In this document: in pieces, positions 19,333 to 29,879 of the stretch | Layout of the letters: every line of letters begins with the position of its first letter | Numbering within the stretch: position 1 is the stretch's first letter | Origin: Bacteroidales bacterium | GTDB taxonomy: Bacteria; Bacteroidota; Bacteroidia; Bacteroidales; CAIWKO01 | Assembly: GCA_035389045.1 (NCBI GenBank) | Contig: DAOORA010000027.1 | Coordinates: 1 to 51,754 of the forward strand | Length of the DNA: 51,754 nucleotides | Direction: 5' to 3' | Notes under the pieces: generated by a model | What the model was told of the DNA's origin: nothing | Databases searched by the model: none | The model's input: only the letters and a program-made list of their open reading frames with translations | Program-made: the position numbers and the translations under genes

Positions 19333-20865
19333 ATGATTGTTTTTATAAATTCATATACTCAGAATAAGAGCAATCGGTTTGCTTTGTTTTCTCCTGTATT
19401 TCCGCCTATCGGAGTGGGTTATCTTGCCTCAATAGCCCAAAAAAAAGGAATAAGATTTAAAATCTTTGACCAGCAGATTCACCCGGGAATTGAACGTACT
19501 ATTTGCAAAGAAATTTCCTTTAGCGGAGAACCTGTTGTTTTTGCGTTTAGTGTTGTTACTTCTGCATTTGAATCCGCAATAAAAACAGCTTCTTTTATTA
19601 AACAAAAATACCGCGGATGTTTAATAATTTTTGGCGGTATTCACCCTACCGCCATGCCTGAGGAAGTTTTAGAAAGCGGATCGGTTGACATAGCAGTTCG
19701 CGGAGAAGGAGAACACATACTGTTTGATATTTATGAAAAATATATAAATAATAAACCCTGGACTGACATCAGGGGAATTTCCTATGTTAAAAACTCATCC
19801 TTTATTCATAATCCGGATCGTGAAACTGTTGATTCTCTGGATGATTTACCTGTATTCCCATATGAATTGTTTGAAAATATTCCCAGATATGATTTAGGTG
19901 TGATATTAAGTTCAAGGGGGTGCAAAAAGAATTGTTGTTTTTGCAGTAATCATATTATCAGCAAAAAAAATGTACGTTATATCGCTGCCGGTAAAGTAAT
20001 TGATACCATAGAGCTATTAATTGAAAAGTACAAGAAAAATCATATTCTGTTTTTAGATGATAATTTTTTAGAGGATAAAGTAAGGATAGCAGAACTTGTG
20101 CGTAGTATCAGAGAAAAAAAATTAAATGATAAATGCCGTTTCAGTTTTCAGGCAAGATGCGACCAGGTGGATTACCCCCTCTTACATGAACTTTATTTAT
20201 CAGGATTTCGCACTGTCTTTTTTGGCATTGAAACGCTATCGGAAAATCTGTTAAAAAAAATACATAAAGGACTAAGCCCGTCAGTTATTGAAAATGCTGT
20301 AAGAATTTCATCTGAAACAGGATTTAAGGTGCAGGCAAGTTTTATTTTCGGTTTGCCCAATGAAACGTATAAGGACAGAATCAAAACGCTGAATTTTGCA
20401 GTACAAAACCCTATTGATATCGCAAAATTTAATAATGCAGTTCCCTATCCCGGAACCGCTTTATATAATGAAGGGCTCCAAAAAAACAGGATTTGCTTTA
20501 ATAAGGACTATTCAAATGCTGATACATTGATTGGGCTGACCGACGGCCTGTTTTCAAAAAGAAATCTGCCTTTAAAGCCGGATGATAGAAATAATAAATC
20601 CGTAAAACGGTTTATTATTTTAAGTTATCTGGTTTTTTATCTTAATTTTTCCAGGATAAAGAACATATTTTGCGGTGGAAAAGACACTATTAAATGGATG
20701 TATATAAAGGATAAAAAAAAGAATTTTTTTAGTTTTAAGTTTTTCCCTCTCCTACTGCTCTTTCTTGCGCTTTTTGTTAAATTTTCAGCAGTGTTTTTTT
20801 ACCCTTCAAAAGAGAATTATTTTTACTATTCTGCGATAAAGCATAAAATGAATGCAAAGCCTTGA
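19333..20865 (+). CDS. B12-binding radical SAM protein (paralog group B1)
   Basis: FGGIHPT, RGEGE, SSRGCKKNCCFC, LDDNF, FGIET, PYPGT. Confidence 0.92.
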   Translation: MIVFINSYTQNKSNRFALFSPVFPPIGVGYLASIAQKKGIRFKIFDQQIHPGIERTICKEISFSGEPVVFAFSVVTSAFESAIKTASFIKQKYRGCLIIFGGIHPTAMPEEVLESGSVDIAVRGEGEHILFDIYEKYINNKPWTDIRGISYVKNSSFIHNPDRETVDSLDDLPVFPYELFENIPRYDLGVILSSRGCKKNCCFCSNHIISKKNVRYIAAGKVIDTIELLIEKYKKNHILFLDDNFLEDKVRIAELVRSIREKKLNDKCRFSFQARCDQVDYPLLHELYLSGFRTVFFGIETLSENLLKKIHKGLSPSVIENAVRISSETGFKVQASFIFGLPNETYKDRIKTLNFAVQNPIDIAKFNNAVPYPGTALYNEGLQKNRICFNKDYSNADTLIGLTDGLFSKRNLPLKPDDRNNKSVKRFIILSYLVFYLNFSRIKNIFCGGKDTIKWMYIKDKKKNFFSFKFFPLLLLFLALFVKFSAVFFYPSKENYFYYSAIKHKMNAKP

Positions 20866-22300
20866 TGCAATTTTTATAGCTCCTCCTTTTGAGCATGGTA
20901 ATGAAACCATGTGGAAACAATTTGATTATTTCTTTCCACCCTATGGCTTAGCCCATATTGCTTCCTATATAAGACAATTCGGTTACAAATCCATCATTAT
21001 TGATTGTTTGGTTGAGTCAAAAAACCTGCTTGATTTTGAGAACGTTTTCAGGGAAAAATATTATAATAAAGTTCATTCAAAACTATTTGCAATCACTGCC
21101 GTCACTCCAATTATTGATAACGCTTTATTTATTGCTGATGTAATCAAAAAATTATATCCGGAATCTACAGTTGTTTTAGGCGGGCCTCATCCGAGCCATT
21201 TATATCAAGAGCTGATAAAAAATAAAAATATTGATATAATTGTAATTGGCGAAGGTGAAATTACTTTTAAAGAAATAATTGACGGTAATGAACTCAAAGA
21301 AATTAATGGCATTTCATATAAAGAAACGATAAATGGCAAAAGTACTGAATTTCTCACTCCCCCCAGAGAACGAATAAAAAATCCTGACATTTTACCGATC
21401 CCTGCTTATGATCTCTTACAGATGCAAGCTTATAAGGCACCGAAATATTCAAATCAGAATATCCCCTCAATGAGCATGGTAACCAGCAGGGGATGTATTG
21501 GCAAATGCTCTTTTTGCAGTAAGATATTTCATGAGGTTTATTTTATGTCAGCCGAAAGGGTGCTTGCAGAAATTGAACATCTTTATAACAACTACGGTGT
21601 CAGACAAATTATTTTTTATGATGACACTTTTACTATTGACGTAAAAAGAGTAAAGGAGATATGCGCATTAATTACTGAGAGAAAAATTGATATCAGATGG
21701 ACATGCTTTGCGAGAGTGGATTGTGTTGATTACGAAACGCTGGTTGCCATGAAAAACGCCGGATGTGAACACATAATGTATGGCGTGGAAAATTTCAATG
21801 AAGAAGTACTGAAAAAGGTAAACAAAAAAATAAACATTGAACAGGTATTTCAAGCTGTGCGGCTGACCAAAAAAGCAGGTATAACCTGCAGGGTGAGTTT
21901 GATGATTGGAAATCCCGGCGAAACTAAAGCAATAATTAAGCAAAATATGAGGATGATCCATAAACTGCGTCCCGATTACCTGCAGGTCCTGATTTTTCAT
22001 CCTTTGCCGGGCGCCCCTTTATATGATCATTTTAAGAACAATAATCTTATTACAGCCACAAACTGGAGCGAATTCAACTTTACTAAACCATTGTTTATAC
22101 ACGAAACCTTAAGTCAAAAAACAATACGTAATTATTACATATTAATGTATTTAAACTTTTACCTGAGCCCCTGGTTTATTTTATCACAACTAAGAAAAAT
22201 CTTTATCAAAAATGAAAGAAAGCGTTTGATCTGGGGACTGAAAGCGTTTGTGACCTTTGTTTACAAAAATATGTTGTTAACTGCTAAAATAAAAAAATAA
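20852..22300 (+). CDS. B12-binding radical SAM protein (paralog group B2)
   Basis: LGGPHPS, GEGE, TSRGCIGKCSFC, YDDTFT, WTCFARVD, YGVENF. Confidence 0.92.
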   Translation: MQSLDAIFIAPPFEHGNETMWKQFDYFFPPYGLAHIASYIRQFGYKSIIIDCLVESKNLLDFENVFREKYYNKVHSKLFAITAVTPIIDNALFIADVIKKLYPESTVVLGGPHPSHLYQELIKNKNIDIIVIGEGEITFKEIIDGNELKEINGISYKETINGKSTEFLTPPRERIKNPDILPIPAYDLLQMQAYKAPKYSNQNIPSMSMVTSRGCIGKCSFCSKIFHEVYFMSAERVLAEIEHLYNNYGVRQIIFYDDTFTIDVKRVKEICALITERKIDIRWTCFARVDCVDYETLVAMKNAGCEHIMYGVENFNEEVLKKVNKKINIEQVFQAVRLTKKAGITCRVSLMIGNPGETKAIIKQNMRMIHKLRPDYLQVLIFHPLPGAPLYDHFKNNNLITATNWSEFNFTKPLFIHETLSQKTIRNYYILMYLNFYLSPWFILSQLRKIFIKNERKRLIWGLKAFVTFVYKNMLLTAKIKK

Positions 22301-22303
22301 AGC

Positions 22304-23749
22304 ATGAATACCGGGCTGAAATGCTTATTGTTAGCTCCAAATTTTTTTTATGCAAAAGGAAGTATTTATAAAGAAGTCAGTAAATACGATCCTCCTCTGG
22401 GATTAGCCCATTTATCATCTTTTCTGAATCTGCATGGATATAATACCATCGTTTATGATCTGAATGTTGAAATAAACTCTTCTACAGGGATTGCTGCCTT
22501 TTTAGAGAATTTAAAAAACACTTTTGATTATAAGGATTTAAATATAGGGATACCTTTTTTTACAACATTTGCAAACAACTCATATCATCTTGCTCAGGTT
22601 TGCAGGAAAATATTCCCTGATGCTACGATTATTGCTGGTGGAGCGCACGCAACATTTATGCCTGATGAAGTCCTGAACAATGAAAACATTGATATTGTTG
22701 TGCGCGGTGAAGGGGAACTTAGTTTATTGGATATCGTATCGTTAAAACCGCTTTCCCGGATAGAGGGAATAAGCTATAAAGAATATGATTCCGGCCAAAT
22801 TCACATTAAACATAATAAAGACAGAAGCAGAATAAAAGATTTGGACACGTTACCCATGCCCGCCTACCATCAACTGCATCTTGAAAAATACATGCCGGTA
22901 TTGGGTTCTTATAAAAGCCTGCCTGCAGTAACTATGGTCAGTTCGCGTGGATGCCCCGGGCGCTGTAAGTTTTGTTGCCGCACTATGGGTAATTTTGTTG
23001 CTTACAGGTCGCCCCAAAAAATCATTGAAGAAATAAAATATCTCATTGATAATTATGGAATAAAACAAGTGAACTTTTATGACGATACCTTTACTTTACA
23101 TAAGAACAGAGTGACTGATTTGTGTGATTTAATCATCAGTCAGGGGCTGAGATTTGACTGGACTTGTTTTTCCAGAATAGACTCTGTTGATGAAGATTTA
23201 TTAAAGAAGATGAAAGCAGCAGGATGCTACCAGATCATGTATGGAGTCGAAAATTTTGACAATACCGTTTTAGACGAACTGTCAAAGAAAGTAAATATCA
23301 GCCAAATCGAAAAGATTGTCCGGTTGACAAAAAGATTAAAAATTAATTGCAGAGTATCTTTATTAATAGGGAGTCCGGGAGATACAAAACAAACCTATAG
23401 GACAAACTTAAGGGCATTGAAAAAGCTAAAACCGGATATTGTGGTGATAAATATAACCACTCCGTTTCCGGGAACTGAACTTTACGAATGGGCAAAAAAC
23501 AATGACCGGCTATTGACTAATGACTGGAACCAGTATGATGGGAAACAGGCGGTTATGAAAATAGATGGGTTAACATCCAAAGAAATTTACAAATATTATC
23601 ACAAAATGTACCTGCAATTTTATTTCAGGCCAGCCTATATTATCAGCAGAGTTAAAACTATAAAAAGCTTTACAGAAATAAAAGTATTGTTTATTGGAGT
23701 TTATAAACTTTTAAGTTTTTTATTAAAAAGGTATCTTGCAAGAGAGTGA
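22304..23749 (+). CDS. B12-binding radical SAM protein (paralog group B2)
   Basis: AGGAHAT, RGEGE, SSRGCPGRCKFC, YDDTFT, WTCFSRID, YGVENF, PFPGT. Confidence 0.92.
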   Translation: MNTGLKCLLLAPNFFYAKGSIYKEVSKYDPPLGLAHLSSFLNLHGYNTIVYDLNVEINSSTGIAAFLENLKNTFDYKDLNIGIPFFTTFANNSYHLAQVCRKIFPDATIIAGGAHATFMPDEVLNNENIDIVVRGEGELSLLDIVSLKPLSRIEGISYKEYDSGQIHIKHNKDRSRIKDLDTLPMPAYHQLHLEKYMPVLGSYKSLPAVTMVSSRGCPGRCKFCCRTMGNFVAYRSPQKIIEEIKYLIDNYGIKQVNFYDDTFTLHKNRVTDLCDLIISQGLRFDWTCFSRIDSVDEDLLKKMKAAGCYQIMYGVENFDNTVLDELSKKVNISQIEKIVRLTKRLKINCRVSLLIGSPGDTKQTYRTNLRALKKLKPDIVVINITTPFPGTELYEWAKNNDRLLTNDWNQYDGKQAVMKIDGLTSKEIYKYYHKMYLQFYFRPAYIISRVKTIKSFTEIKVLFIGVYKLLSFLLKRYLARE

Positions 23750-24550
23750 TGCACCGGCATAACATCCGCAAAAACGGCAATCAAGGTCTGAAAAACAGTA
23801 TTTCGTATTAAATTGATAATCAAAATGCAATACATTGCTTCTCCAGTAACAATAATCTGTATGGTCGGGTTTTTCATACCAATGTATCATCTGTCTGGTA
23901 AAAAATAATTTGCCAGGGTATATTGTTTTTACCCGTTTTAGTTCGCTAATTATTTTACATCTTTCTTCCTTTTTTATAATGTCTGTATTTTCATCCGGAG
24001 TTCTGTTCGGCGTAATAATATTACATACCACACCTTTAAAATTGTTTTGATTTGCCAGAAGAATTGCAGATTCCAGATCAGAATAATTATCAGGCCGCAA
24101 TGTAAAATTTATTATAACACGTTTATCCCCTTCGTAATTCGAAACAGCATTTTTAAAGCTATTTATCCCCCTGATTTTATCATTTATATCTTCATTGCCA
24201 TCAATAGACAGAAAAATCCTGCAGGTATACTCCTGAGGTATTTTAATTTGTCCATTAGTAATAATATCTACGTATCTGAATGTTTTTATTGCCTGTTGAA
24301 TAACATCCATTCTCAGGGTGGGTTCGCCGCCGACTAATAAAACATAACGAACACCTTTACCATAGAGTGTTTTAAAAAAAACAATCCATTCACTACTATC
24401 TTTTTCATTTTTATTTCCGATGTTATTATAATAACAATGGCTGCAATGTAACTGGCAACGCCAGGTTGCGTCAACTTCAGCGATGTATTTATCTTTGAAA
24501 AATAATCTTTTTAATTCGTATAATAGCAGATATGCTGGAATATATCTCAT
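23723..24550 (-). CDS. Short radical SAM protein with Cys-rich C-terminus
   Basis: CQLHCSHC, VGGEP, ITNG, SIDG; C-terminal C..(x17)..C.....CRFCGC. Its 3' end overlaps the convergent gene by 27 bp. Confidence 0.88.
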   Translation of the reverse strand: MRYIPAYLLLYELKRLFFKDKYIAEVDATWRCQLHCSHCYYNNIGNKNEKDSSEWIVFFKTLYGKGVRYVLLVGGEPTLRMDVIQQAIKTFRYVDIITNGQIKIPQEYTCRIFLSIDGNEDINDKIRGINSFKNAVSNYEGDKRVIINFTLRPDNYSDLESAILLANQNNFKGVVCNIITPNRTPDENTDIIKKEERCKIISELKRVKTIYPGKLFFTRQMIHWYEKPDHTDYCYWRSNVLHFDYQFNTKYCFSDLDCRFCGCYAGASLSCKIPF

Positions 24551-25902
24551 TTGTTTTTTTTTCTGATCTTGTAATAAAATAATTTATAAAGCAGAGTAAT
24601 TAGCTCAATTAAATTATAAGGTCTGAAGTAAAACCTGAAGTACGCATATATTTTTAACGCTTTGATTTTAAAAAACTGTATTTCAGGGGGATAGAAGTTT
24701 GGCAGTTTTTTAATCCCTTTCATATAAAGACTCCATTCGTTTTTAGAAAGCAATCCGTTATTAAGAGCTATTTCAAAAATAGCAGATCCCGGTAATGCAA
24801 TCATTAAAAAGAATTGAGCATAATTAGATCTTATTTTTCGTGAAAATTTCAGAGTTTCATTTATTTGTTTTAAGGTTTCATTTGGATGACCTAAAATATA
24901 AGAGCAAAGGGTTTTGACTCCAATTCTCTTTGACAGGGCAATTATGTTTTTGTATTGATCGACGGGAATAATTTTATTTTCACTTTGTCTGACATTTTCA
25001 TTACCGGATTCAACACCTAAAATAACATTATACAATCCGGCTTTCTTCATTATAACAAGAAGGTCTTCATCGATTTCATCAGCTCTTGTCAGGCACGACC
25101 ATTTAAAATCAAGATTATTCTCGATAATAAAATTACATAGTTCAATAACTCGATTTCGATCATATGTAAACAGATCATCAATAAACGCAATCCATTTTAC
25201 ATTATATTTCTTTACTAAGGTTAAAACTTGATTCTTAACGATTGACAAATCATATAACCTTAACTTACTTTGACTATAATTGCTACAAAATTTACATTTA
25301 TATTTACATCCTCTCGATGTAATGATTGAAAACCATTTAACTCCTGGATATACAAGATTTGTATAAAGATCCATATTATATAAATCATAATCGGGAAGAA
25401 CATTAGAAATTGAAATGTCATAATATGCAGGTTCATTATATGAAAATTCTTCATTTCTATTTATAATAATACCAGGTATACTATCAAATTGTTCTTCATT
25501 ATTAAAAAACATTTTACAGAATAAAGGGAAACTTTCCTCGCAATCACCCCGAAAACCAAAATCTAAACCTAAATCCATGATTATTTGCGGATCATTTGTT
25601 ACATGAGGTCCGCCTGCAATCAGGATTGTCTTTTTAAATTCTTTTTTTATAGAAGAAGTAAGTTTATAAAAAAAAGGTAATGAGTTTGACATAATTGAAT
25701 ATCCAATAATACATGGATTGTCAGAATGTAATAATTTAATTATTTTATTAATATTTAGGCTGTTAGCATCTACATCATAAATTTTACTGGTAATATTGAT
25801 CTTTTTTAAATATGCAGCTAAATATCCAACACCAAGATATGGATAAACAGACAATTTTAAATTTTTGGAATCGGTTGAAGTGATGAAAACACAATCCGTC
25901 AT
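24547..25902 (-). CDS. B12-binding radical SAM protein (group B3)
   Basis: YPYLGVGYLA, AGGPHVT, TSRGCKYKCKFC, IDDLFT, WSCLTRAD, GVESGN. Confidence 0.92.
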   Translation of the reverse strand: MTDCVFITSTDSKNLKLSVYPYLGVGYLAAYLKKINITSKIYDVDANSLNINKIIKLLHSDNPCIIGYSIMSNSLPFFYKLTSSIKKEFKKTILIAGGPHVTNDPQIIMDLGLDFGFRGDCEESFPLFCKMFFNNEEQFDSIPGIIINRNEEFSYNEPAYYDISISNVLPDYDLYNMDLYTNLVYPGVKWFSIITSRGCKYKCKFCSNYSQSKLRLYDLSIVKNQVLTLVKKYNVKWIAFIDDLFTYDRNRVIELCNFIIENNLDFKWSCLTRADEIDEDLLVIMKKAGLYNVILGVESGNENVRQSENKIIPVDQYKNIIALSKRIGVKTLCSYILGHPNETLKQINETLKFSRKIRSNYAQFFLMIALPGSAIFEIALNNGLLSKNEWSLYMKGIKKLPNFYPPEIQFFKIKALKIYAYFRFYFRPYNLIELITLLYKLFYYKIRKKNK

Positions 25903-25906
25903 GGGT

Positions 25907-27712
25907 TTATTTTTTCTTTTGTTGGCTGCTATTATCAGTATTTCTCATAGTAAAAATTGTTTTTGAGATTTCGTTGGCAACTATCCTATGACCTTTTACT
26001 TTGTAATGTTGATCCCCGGGCCAGAAATAGTCATTAATGTCATCTTTTTTTGTTGTTTCAATAAAATCGGGCAGAACATCAACAACTGTTGCATTTTTTC
26101 CCATAGTATCGATCAGTTTATTGAGAACAATGTAATGATTTAATTTAACTTCTTTCATAAGAGGATGAAAAAGAAAAATGATGTGAATATTATGTTTATC
26201 TGCCAGTGTCACAAATCGCTGACAGACATCCTGCAGTAACATCTGTGCGTTAATGTAAGCATTAATTTGTTCTTTCTTTGATAACAGATGGTAATCATAT
26301 CCCAAACCATTGCTTATAATAAGCCTGAATATAAAGCTCATGGCATATACAGGTTCCCAGCAGGGAGCGTTTTTATACCGTACGCTGCCATCGGGCTGAA
26401 ACCGCTCAAAGCCGCCTCTGAATATCACATCGCTGATATCCGAATTATTAATTGGGACTATAACTATATCGGGACTATAGGCAAGCAATTCATTTTCTAA
26501 AGCATAAAATTGATACACGGGATCGCTGCCTATTACTCCAGCATTAAAAACCTCCCATTTAACAGAGTCAAATGATAATGCCTTTCTCAGTATTGAAATC
26601 CAGCAACTGTCACCGGTTACACCAACACCTTCTGAATATGAATCCCCTAATACAATCAACCTTGTTACATTTTTATTCTTTTTTACCTGGAATTCATTAT
26701 CGCAAAAACCAAGTGAATTCGTTTTCCTGTAGTATTCAAATTCGGAGGTGATGTAATGCACTGTACTGTTGGCTGCCCGTCGCAATAAAGGTTTTGCATA
26801 ACGACTGTCATAATTTGACAAGCCGTAAATCCCCCTTGTACGCTCGAAATAATTGGCATTGAGCCTGAATATCCTCAGTGTTGTTTCTGCTAATAATAAA
26901 ACAATAAATACGGTAAAAAGAGATAACAGTACATTATTCCGCAAATTTGAAGATATTCTAAATAACCAAAAAACAAGGTAAAAAATTGTCAGTAAAAGAG
27001 CGAAAAGGAGCAGATAGAAACAGATTGAACTGATTATATTGATGTGTTCGAGCCCTTTTTTTAATAGTATGTATTCCCTTATCGAAAGAGTAACGACAAT
27101 TATGGAATATAGAATAATGGAAAGGAATAGTACTTTCTGTTTATTTGTTTTGGAATAACAGACTTTTCGTATTTTATCTTTAAAATAAAAAAGTAAGATG
27201 ACAATTATCACCAGCAGCAGCAATAACGCTCCGGGGAGATAAAATGGCCTGACCAGAGGCCAAAAGAAAACAGATAAAAAAGAGTTTATAAGGGATTTTT
27301 GTTTCTCAGGCTTTTTTAACATAAGCACCTGATATTTATCTGTGGTTTGAGTTAACGCCCATGATTGTTTTAAATTATCTGAACTGTAGGAATAATCATT
27401 TTCCCCAATACTTAAGTTTATTTTTACACCACTAATCAGGTAATGGGCTGGCAGTTTTATATAAATTGAATTCAGAAATGAATAATCCAGATGGTACGTT
27501 TGAGTAACCGTATCGAATGGGATATCAATAGTTCTGTTGAACGGGGTTTTTGCATACATTGAAACAGCTCCGGGCTCGTTTACTTCAATGCTTAATTTGA
27601 CAGGTTCAAAATAATTAAGTTTGGGGTATACTATAGTGGCAAACAATATAAATATCAATAATACTAATGAAACAACGATTATTAATATTTTATGATAAAA
27701 ATACAATTTCAT
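25907..27712 (-). CDS. Membrane-anchored SGNH/GDSL-fold protein (possible O-acyl transferase/esterase)
   Basis: Several N-terminal TM segments, then LGDSYSEG (block I), NAGVIG (II), INNSD (III), DQH (V). Confidence 0.8.
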   Translation of the reverse strand: MKLYFYHKILIIVVSLVLLIFILFATIVYPKLNYFEPVKLSIEVNEPGAVSMYAKTPFNRTIDIPFDTVTQTYHLDYSFLNSIYIKLPAHYLISGVKINLSIGENDYSYSSDNLKQSWALTQTTDKYQVLMLKKPEKQKSLINSFLSVFFWPLVRPFYLPGALLLLLVIIVILLFYFKDKIRKVCYSKTNKQKVLFLSIILYSIIVVTLSIREYILLKKGLEHINIISSICFYLLLFALLLTIFYLVFWLFRISSNLRNNVLLSLFTVFIVLLLAETTLRIFRLNANYFERTRGIYGLSNYDSRYAKPLLRRAANSTVHYITSEFEYYRKTNSLGFCDNEFQVKKNKNVTRLIVLGDSYSEGVGVTGDSCWISILRKALSFDSVKWEVFNAGVIGSDPVYQFYALENELLAYSPDIVIVPINNSDISDVIFRGGFERFQPDGSVRYKNAPCWEPVYAMSFIFRLIISNGLGYDYHLLSKKEQINAYINAQMLLQDVCQRFVTLADKHNIHIIFLFHPLMKEVKLNHYIVLNKLIDTMGKNATVVDVLPDFIETTKKDDINDYFWPGDQHYKVKGHRIVANEISKTIFTMRNTDNSSQQKKK

Positions 27713-27740
27713 GAATTGGATGCGTATGTCAACTATTAAA

Positions 27741-27769
27741 CAAATTTACCAAAGAAATGAATAACTTTG
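27741..27769. promoter_or_regulatory. Divergent promoter pair
   Basis: TAAATTTG on the minus strand (27741-27748) and TAACTTTG on the plus strand (27762-27769), between divergent genes. Confidence 0.6.
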
Positions 27770-27793
27770 TAATAAATACAAATATTAAAGACT

Positions 27794-28384
27794 ATGATCA
27801 TTGCCGGAGCAGGCTCAGCAGGAAGGGAAACCTTAGGGATTCTTGTAAAATATTTGAATTACCCCGGAGAGGTTGTATTTTATGATGATAATAAGAATAT
27901 TCCTCCTGTAATAAATGGTGAGTACAAGGTAATTAAAGATGAAGAATCGTTGAAAAGGCATGTAAAAAAAGATCCTTCATTTTGTGTTGCTATCGGTAAT
28001 CCAAGATTACGGGAAAGAGTTTTCAAAAAGTTTGTTCAAATGGGCGCTGAGGCCGTCAATGTTATTTCTTCAAATGTTTTTTGTTTGTCACAAATTGAGA
28101 ATAATGGAACCATAATTCAGCCGGGGGCGGTATTATCCTTTGATGTAAAAATTGGCAAGTCGTGTATGATACATGCTCATTGTACTATTGGACATAAAGT
28201 AGAAATTGGGGATTTCGTAAACACAGGTCCGCTGGTATCCATAATCGGACCGGCTCAAATAGGTGATTTCTGTTATATCGGTGCAGGAGCGGTTATTCTT
28301 CCAAATATCGAAATAGGGAAACACGTAATCATATCTGCCGGAAGCATAGTGAAAAGAAATGTACAGGATTACGAATGCCTGTAA
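27794..28384 (+). CDS. NeuD/PglD-family sugar acetyltransferase (hexapeptide repeat)
   Basis: IIAGAGSAG Rossmann-like start, VAIGNP, IGH and [LIV]G hexapeptide repeats. Confidence 0.88.
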   Translation: MIIAGAGSAGRETLGILVKYLNYPGEVVFYDDNKNIPPVINGEYKVIKDEESLKRHVKKDPSFCVAIGNPRLRERVFKKFVQMGAEAVNVISSNVFCLSQIENNGTIIQPGAVLSFDVKIGKSCMIHAHCTIGHKVEIGDFVNTGPLVSIIGPAQIGDFCYIGAGAVILPNIEIGKHVIISAGSIVKRNVQDYECL

Positions 28385-28411
28385 GGAGTGATTTTAACTT
28401 TTTGGTTTTAG

Positions 28412-29806
28412 CTATGCCATTAACAGAAACTGAAAAGCCAGGATGGTTAAATGATCTGAGATAGTATTTTCGTCTTTTTCAATAAATTCATTAATGATCA
28501 ATGGGTTTGCCAGTTGTTTTAAATAAATCAAAAAATCCTCAGTAAAGAACATTAAAGGCAGTTTTTCCAAAACAATATCCATTTTTCTGTTAACAAGGTT
28601 TGTTTCTGTTTTATTTGTCAATAACGCTAACAATATTTCCTTTGCCATTAATTTATTTTCTATTAAGTTTTTTTGACGAACAGGGTCTTCTTCATGAATT
28701 GATTTCATTTTTATACACCATAACTCTATCAGCTCTATTAATGCGTTATACCTGTTTATGTTTTTCTTTTTTGTTTCGTTTTCAGATGTATCGAAATTAG
28801 TCTTTTGATAATATTCTAATAGTTTCTTAATTTCGTATTCTGCCATTGACCATATGGCAAGGTTCCAGGGTTTCATCAGGGTATTATAAGAAAAGCCCCA
28901 ACCATTATAATTACAATTTTTTACAATATCGGGTATTTCAAATGCATTGATCTGCATTGGGCAAACAGCAATGGAAAATTGTGTTCCTTCTAACTTGCAG
29001 TAGTCAGCAAATTTCATGATATTTTCCATAGTTTTTTCGAATGATGCCCCAAGTCTTATTTGTTCATATGAACTCTTGGTAAAACTGTCAACCGAGGCCG
29101 TGATATTGAACCGCCCCTTGTCAAGAGTTTCTTTTATCTTATCATTCCAAATGGTGGCATTCGTGGTAATATACAAATCCATTTGGGGGTTAATCCTCAC
29201 TATATTGTTCCATATTTTATAATTAGATTCTATCAAAAACGGCTCTCCGCCTGTAAAGACAGCTCCTTTTAAATGAGGAATAAACTCATCAAGTTGTTTG
29301 ATAAATTTTTCATCGTAAACAAAAGATCTTTCTTTTTGGCCAATGTTTTTATTTCGCTGAATGGTTGATGACAAACCGGCGTCACACATGACACACGCCA
29401 GGTTGCATGTGTTTTCAAGCGAAAAATCCATAAATGCGGGATACCTTGATTTATTGGGCGGATAATGATCAAAAGCCAGTGCATTAACATTGGAAAAGTT
29501 TCCGTTTAAATAATTTGATTTACAGAAATTACATGAAGAAGGGATATCGTACTGTTTCATTTTTTTGCGCATCTGCTGCAGTTCGGTTCCAAACCATATT
29601 TCTTTCAGTGTCCTTTCTGATAAAGAATAATAATCGATATGATGGCAACAAACCTGTACAAATCCATTACGATGAAACCTAAGCGAAGTAAAAGGCGCCC
29701 AGCAAAAAGCGCTGTGCTTTTCTTTTGGCCGGCTTTTATTATATGTTTTTTTCAAGGACAAGTCAGTGTTTCTTTTCCTGGAGATTAAATCATTAAAAAT
29801 CCTCAT
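28412..29806 (-). CDS. Radical SAM protein with N-terminal twitch/SPASM-like domain
   Basis: CWAPF...VCCHH...IW...CNFC precedes CNLACVMC; TGGEPF, TTNAT, SVDS. ATG 29806 preferred over 29857. Confidence 0.88.
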   Translation of the reverse strand: MRIFNDLISRKRNTDLSLKKTYNKSRPKEKHSAFCWAPFTSLRFHRNGFVQVCCHHIDYYSLSERTLKEIWFGTELQQMRKKMKQYDIPSSCNFCKSNYLNGNFSNVNALAFDHYPPNKSRYPAFMDFSLENTCNLACVMCDAGLSSTIQRNKNIGQKERSFVYDEKFIKQLDEFIPHLKGAVFTGGEPFLIESNYKIWNNIVRINPQMDLYITTNATIWNDKIKETLDKGRFNITASVDSFTKSSYEQIRLGASFEKTMENIMKFADYCKLEGTQFSIAVCPMQINAFEIPDIVKNCNYNGWGFSYNTLMKPWNLAIWSMAEYEIKKLLEYYQKTNFDTSENETKKKNINRYNALIELIELWCIKMKSIHEEDPVRQKNLIENKLMAKEILLALLTNKTETNLVNRKMDIVLEKLPLMFFTEDFLIYLKQLANPLIINEFIEKDENTISDHLTILAFQFLLMA

Positions 29807-29879
29807 TCTTCTGTTGTTATTAAATACGAAATTATGAATAAAAACCAGAATAATCAATTATTTGTAGTATCTTTTTATT

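Noticed and set aside
17807..25902. Hopanoid (hpnP/J/R/H) or bacteriochlorophyll (bchE) gene assignments
   Set aside because: No squalene-hopene cyclase or photosynthesis genes; the motifs support only family-level calls.
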